Positions 63,606 to 64,000 of a stretch of DNA of 64,000 nucleotides are shown here, one piece after another. Position 1 is the first letter of the stretch. Each line of letters opens with the position of its first letter. This DNA is from Parcubacteria group bacterium M6-OD1-4 (lineage in GTDB: Bacteria > Patescibacteriota > Patescibacteriia > Patescibacteriales > UBA12465). The translations under genes and the position numbers were made by a program. The stretch lies in the NCBI GenBank assembly GCA_003056205.1, contig LSNS01000019.1, positions 5,630 to 69,629 on the forward strand, written 5' to 3'. The notes under the pieces were generated by a model. That model made no database searches, was not told where the DNA came from, and saw nothing but the letters and a program-made list of their open reading frames with translations.

Positions 63606-63682
63606 TGGTGGGCATAGATGGACTTGAACCATCGACCTCCGCTTTATAAGAGCGGCGCTCTAACCAGCTGAGCTATATGCCC
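63606..63682 (-). tRNA. tRNA-Ile(UAU)
   Basis: Cloverleaf; CCGCT-CT TAT AA-AGCGG; A73 and encoded CCA. Confidence 0.9.
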
Positions 63683-63765
63683 AATTGTGAAGATGATGAC
63701 AATTGGTGAAATTTCTAAAAGATTTTTTAACTTTAAAGAAACAATTATTTTATATCATTATCAGA

Positions 63766-64000
63766 TTAATTGGGCAAGTTTTTTCTTAAGTCTGAAATAA
63801 TTTGTTTTTGGGTTTGTTCTAAATTTTGTTTAACAATTATTTCGGCCGTTTTGGTAGTTCCCTTTGGCGAGTAGTCCTTCAGTAGTTCTAAGGCATTTTG
63901 GTTTTTTAAGGCCCGCACGATTACTTTAATTTGTTCAGGAGCTTGTTCATAAAAAATAACAATAATCTTAGTCTGAGGAATATTGGCAATTAATTCATCA
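63766..64000 (-). CDS. C-terminal part of a protein, possibly DHH/DHHA1-like (truncated by window edge)
   Basis: Open frame DELIANIPQTKIIVIFYE...NALELL...PKGT...NLPN*. Confidence 0.5.
   Translation of the reverse strand, partial: DELIANIPQTKIIVIFYEQAPEQIKVIVRALKNQNALELLKDYSPKGTTKTAEIIVKQNLEQTQKQIISDLRKNLPN

Overview
AT-rich core chromosomal segment of a Patescibacteria (CPR) bacterium, Parcubacteria/ABY1-like by inference from gene order and protein style. It uses genetic code 11 and has AU-rich starts largely lacking Shine-Dalgarno motifs. It spans the replication origin (dnaN-oriC-dnaA / rpmH-rnpA-yidD-yidC), translation and RNA-metabolism genes, nine tRNAs, tmRNA and a 23S-5S rRNA unit with no linked 16S. 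The most striking signal is the 23S-5S leader. A perfect sigma70 promoter is followed by a 13-codon uORF, an alternative antiterminator helix overlapping the uORF stop, an intrinsic terminator and boxA, which looks like a ribosome-sensing attenuator controlling rRNA synthesis. Other notable items are an Asn-Asn leader-peptide attenuator before an AsnRS-like paralog, a group I intron at L2593 with an I-CreI-like endonuclease, a rare tRNA-Ile(UAU), a reverse-ordered type IV TA pair beside tRNA-Gly, and smpB overlapping tmRNA. All calls were made by eye from the sequence; no database searches or folding computations were run, and RNA boundaries are approximate.
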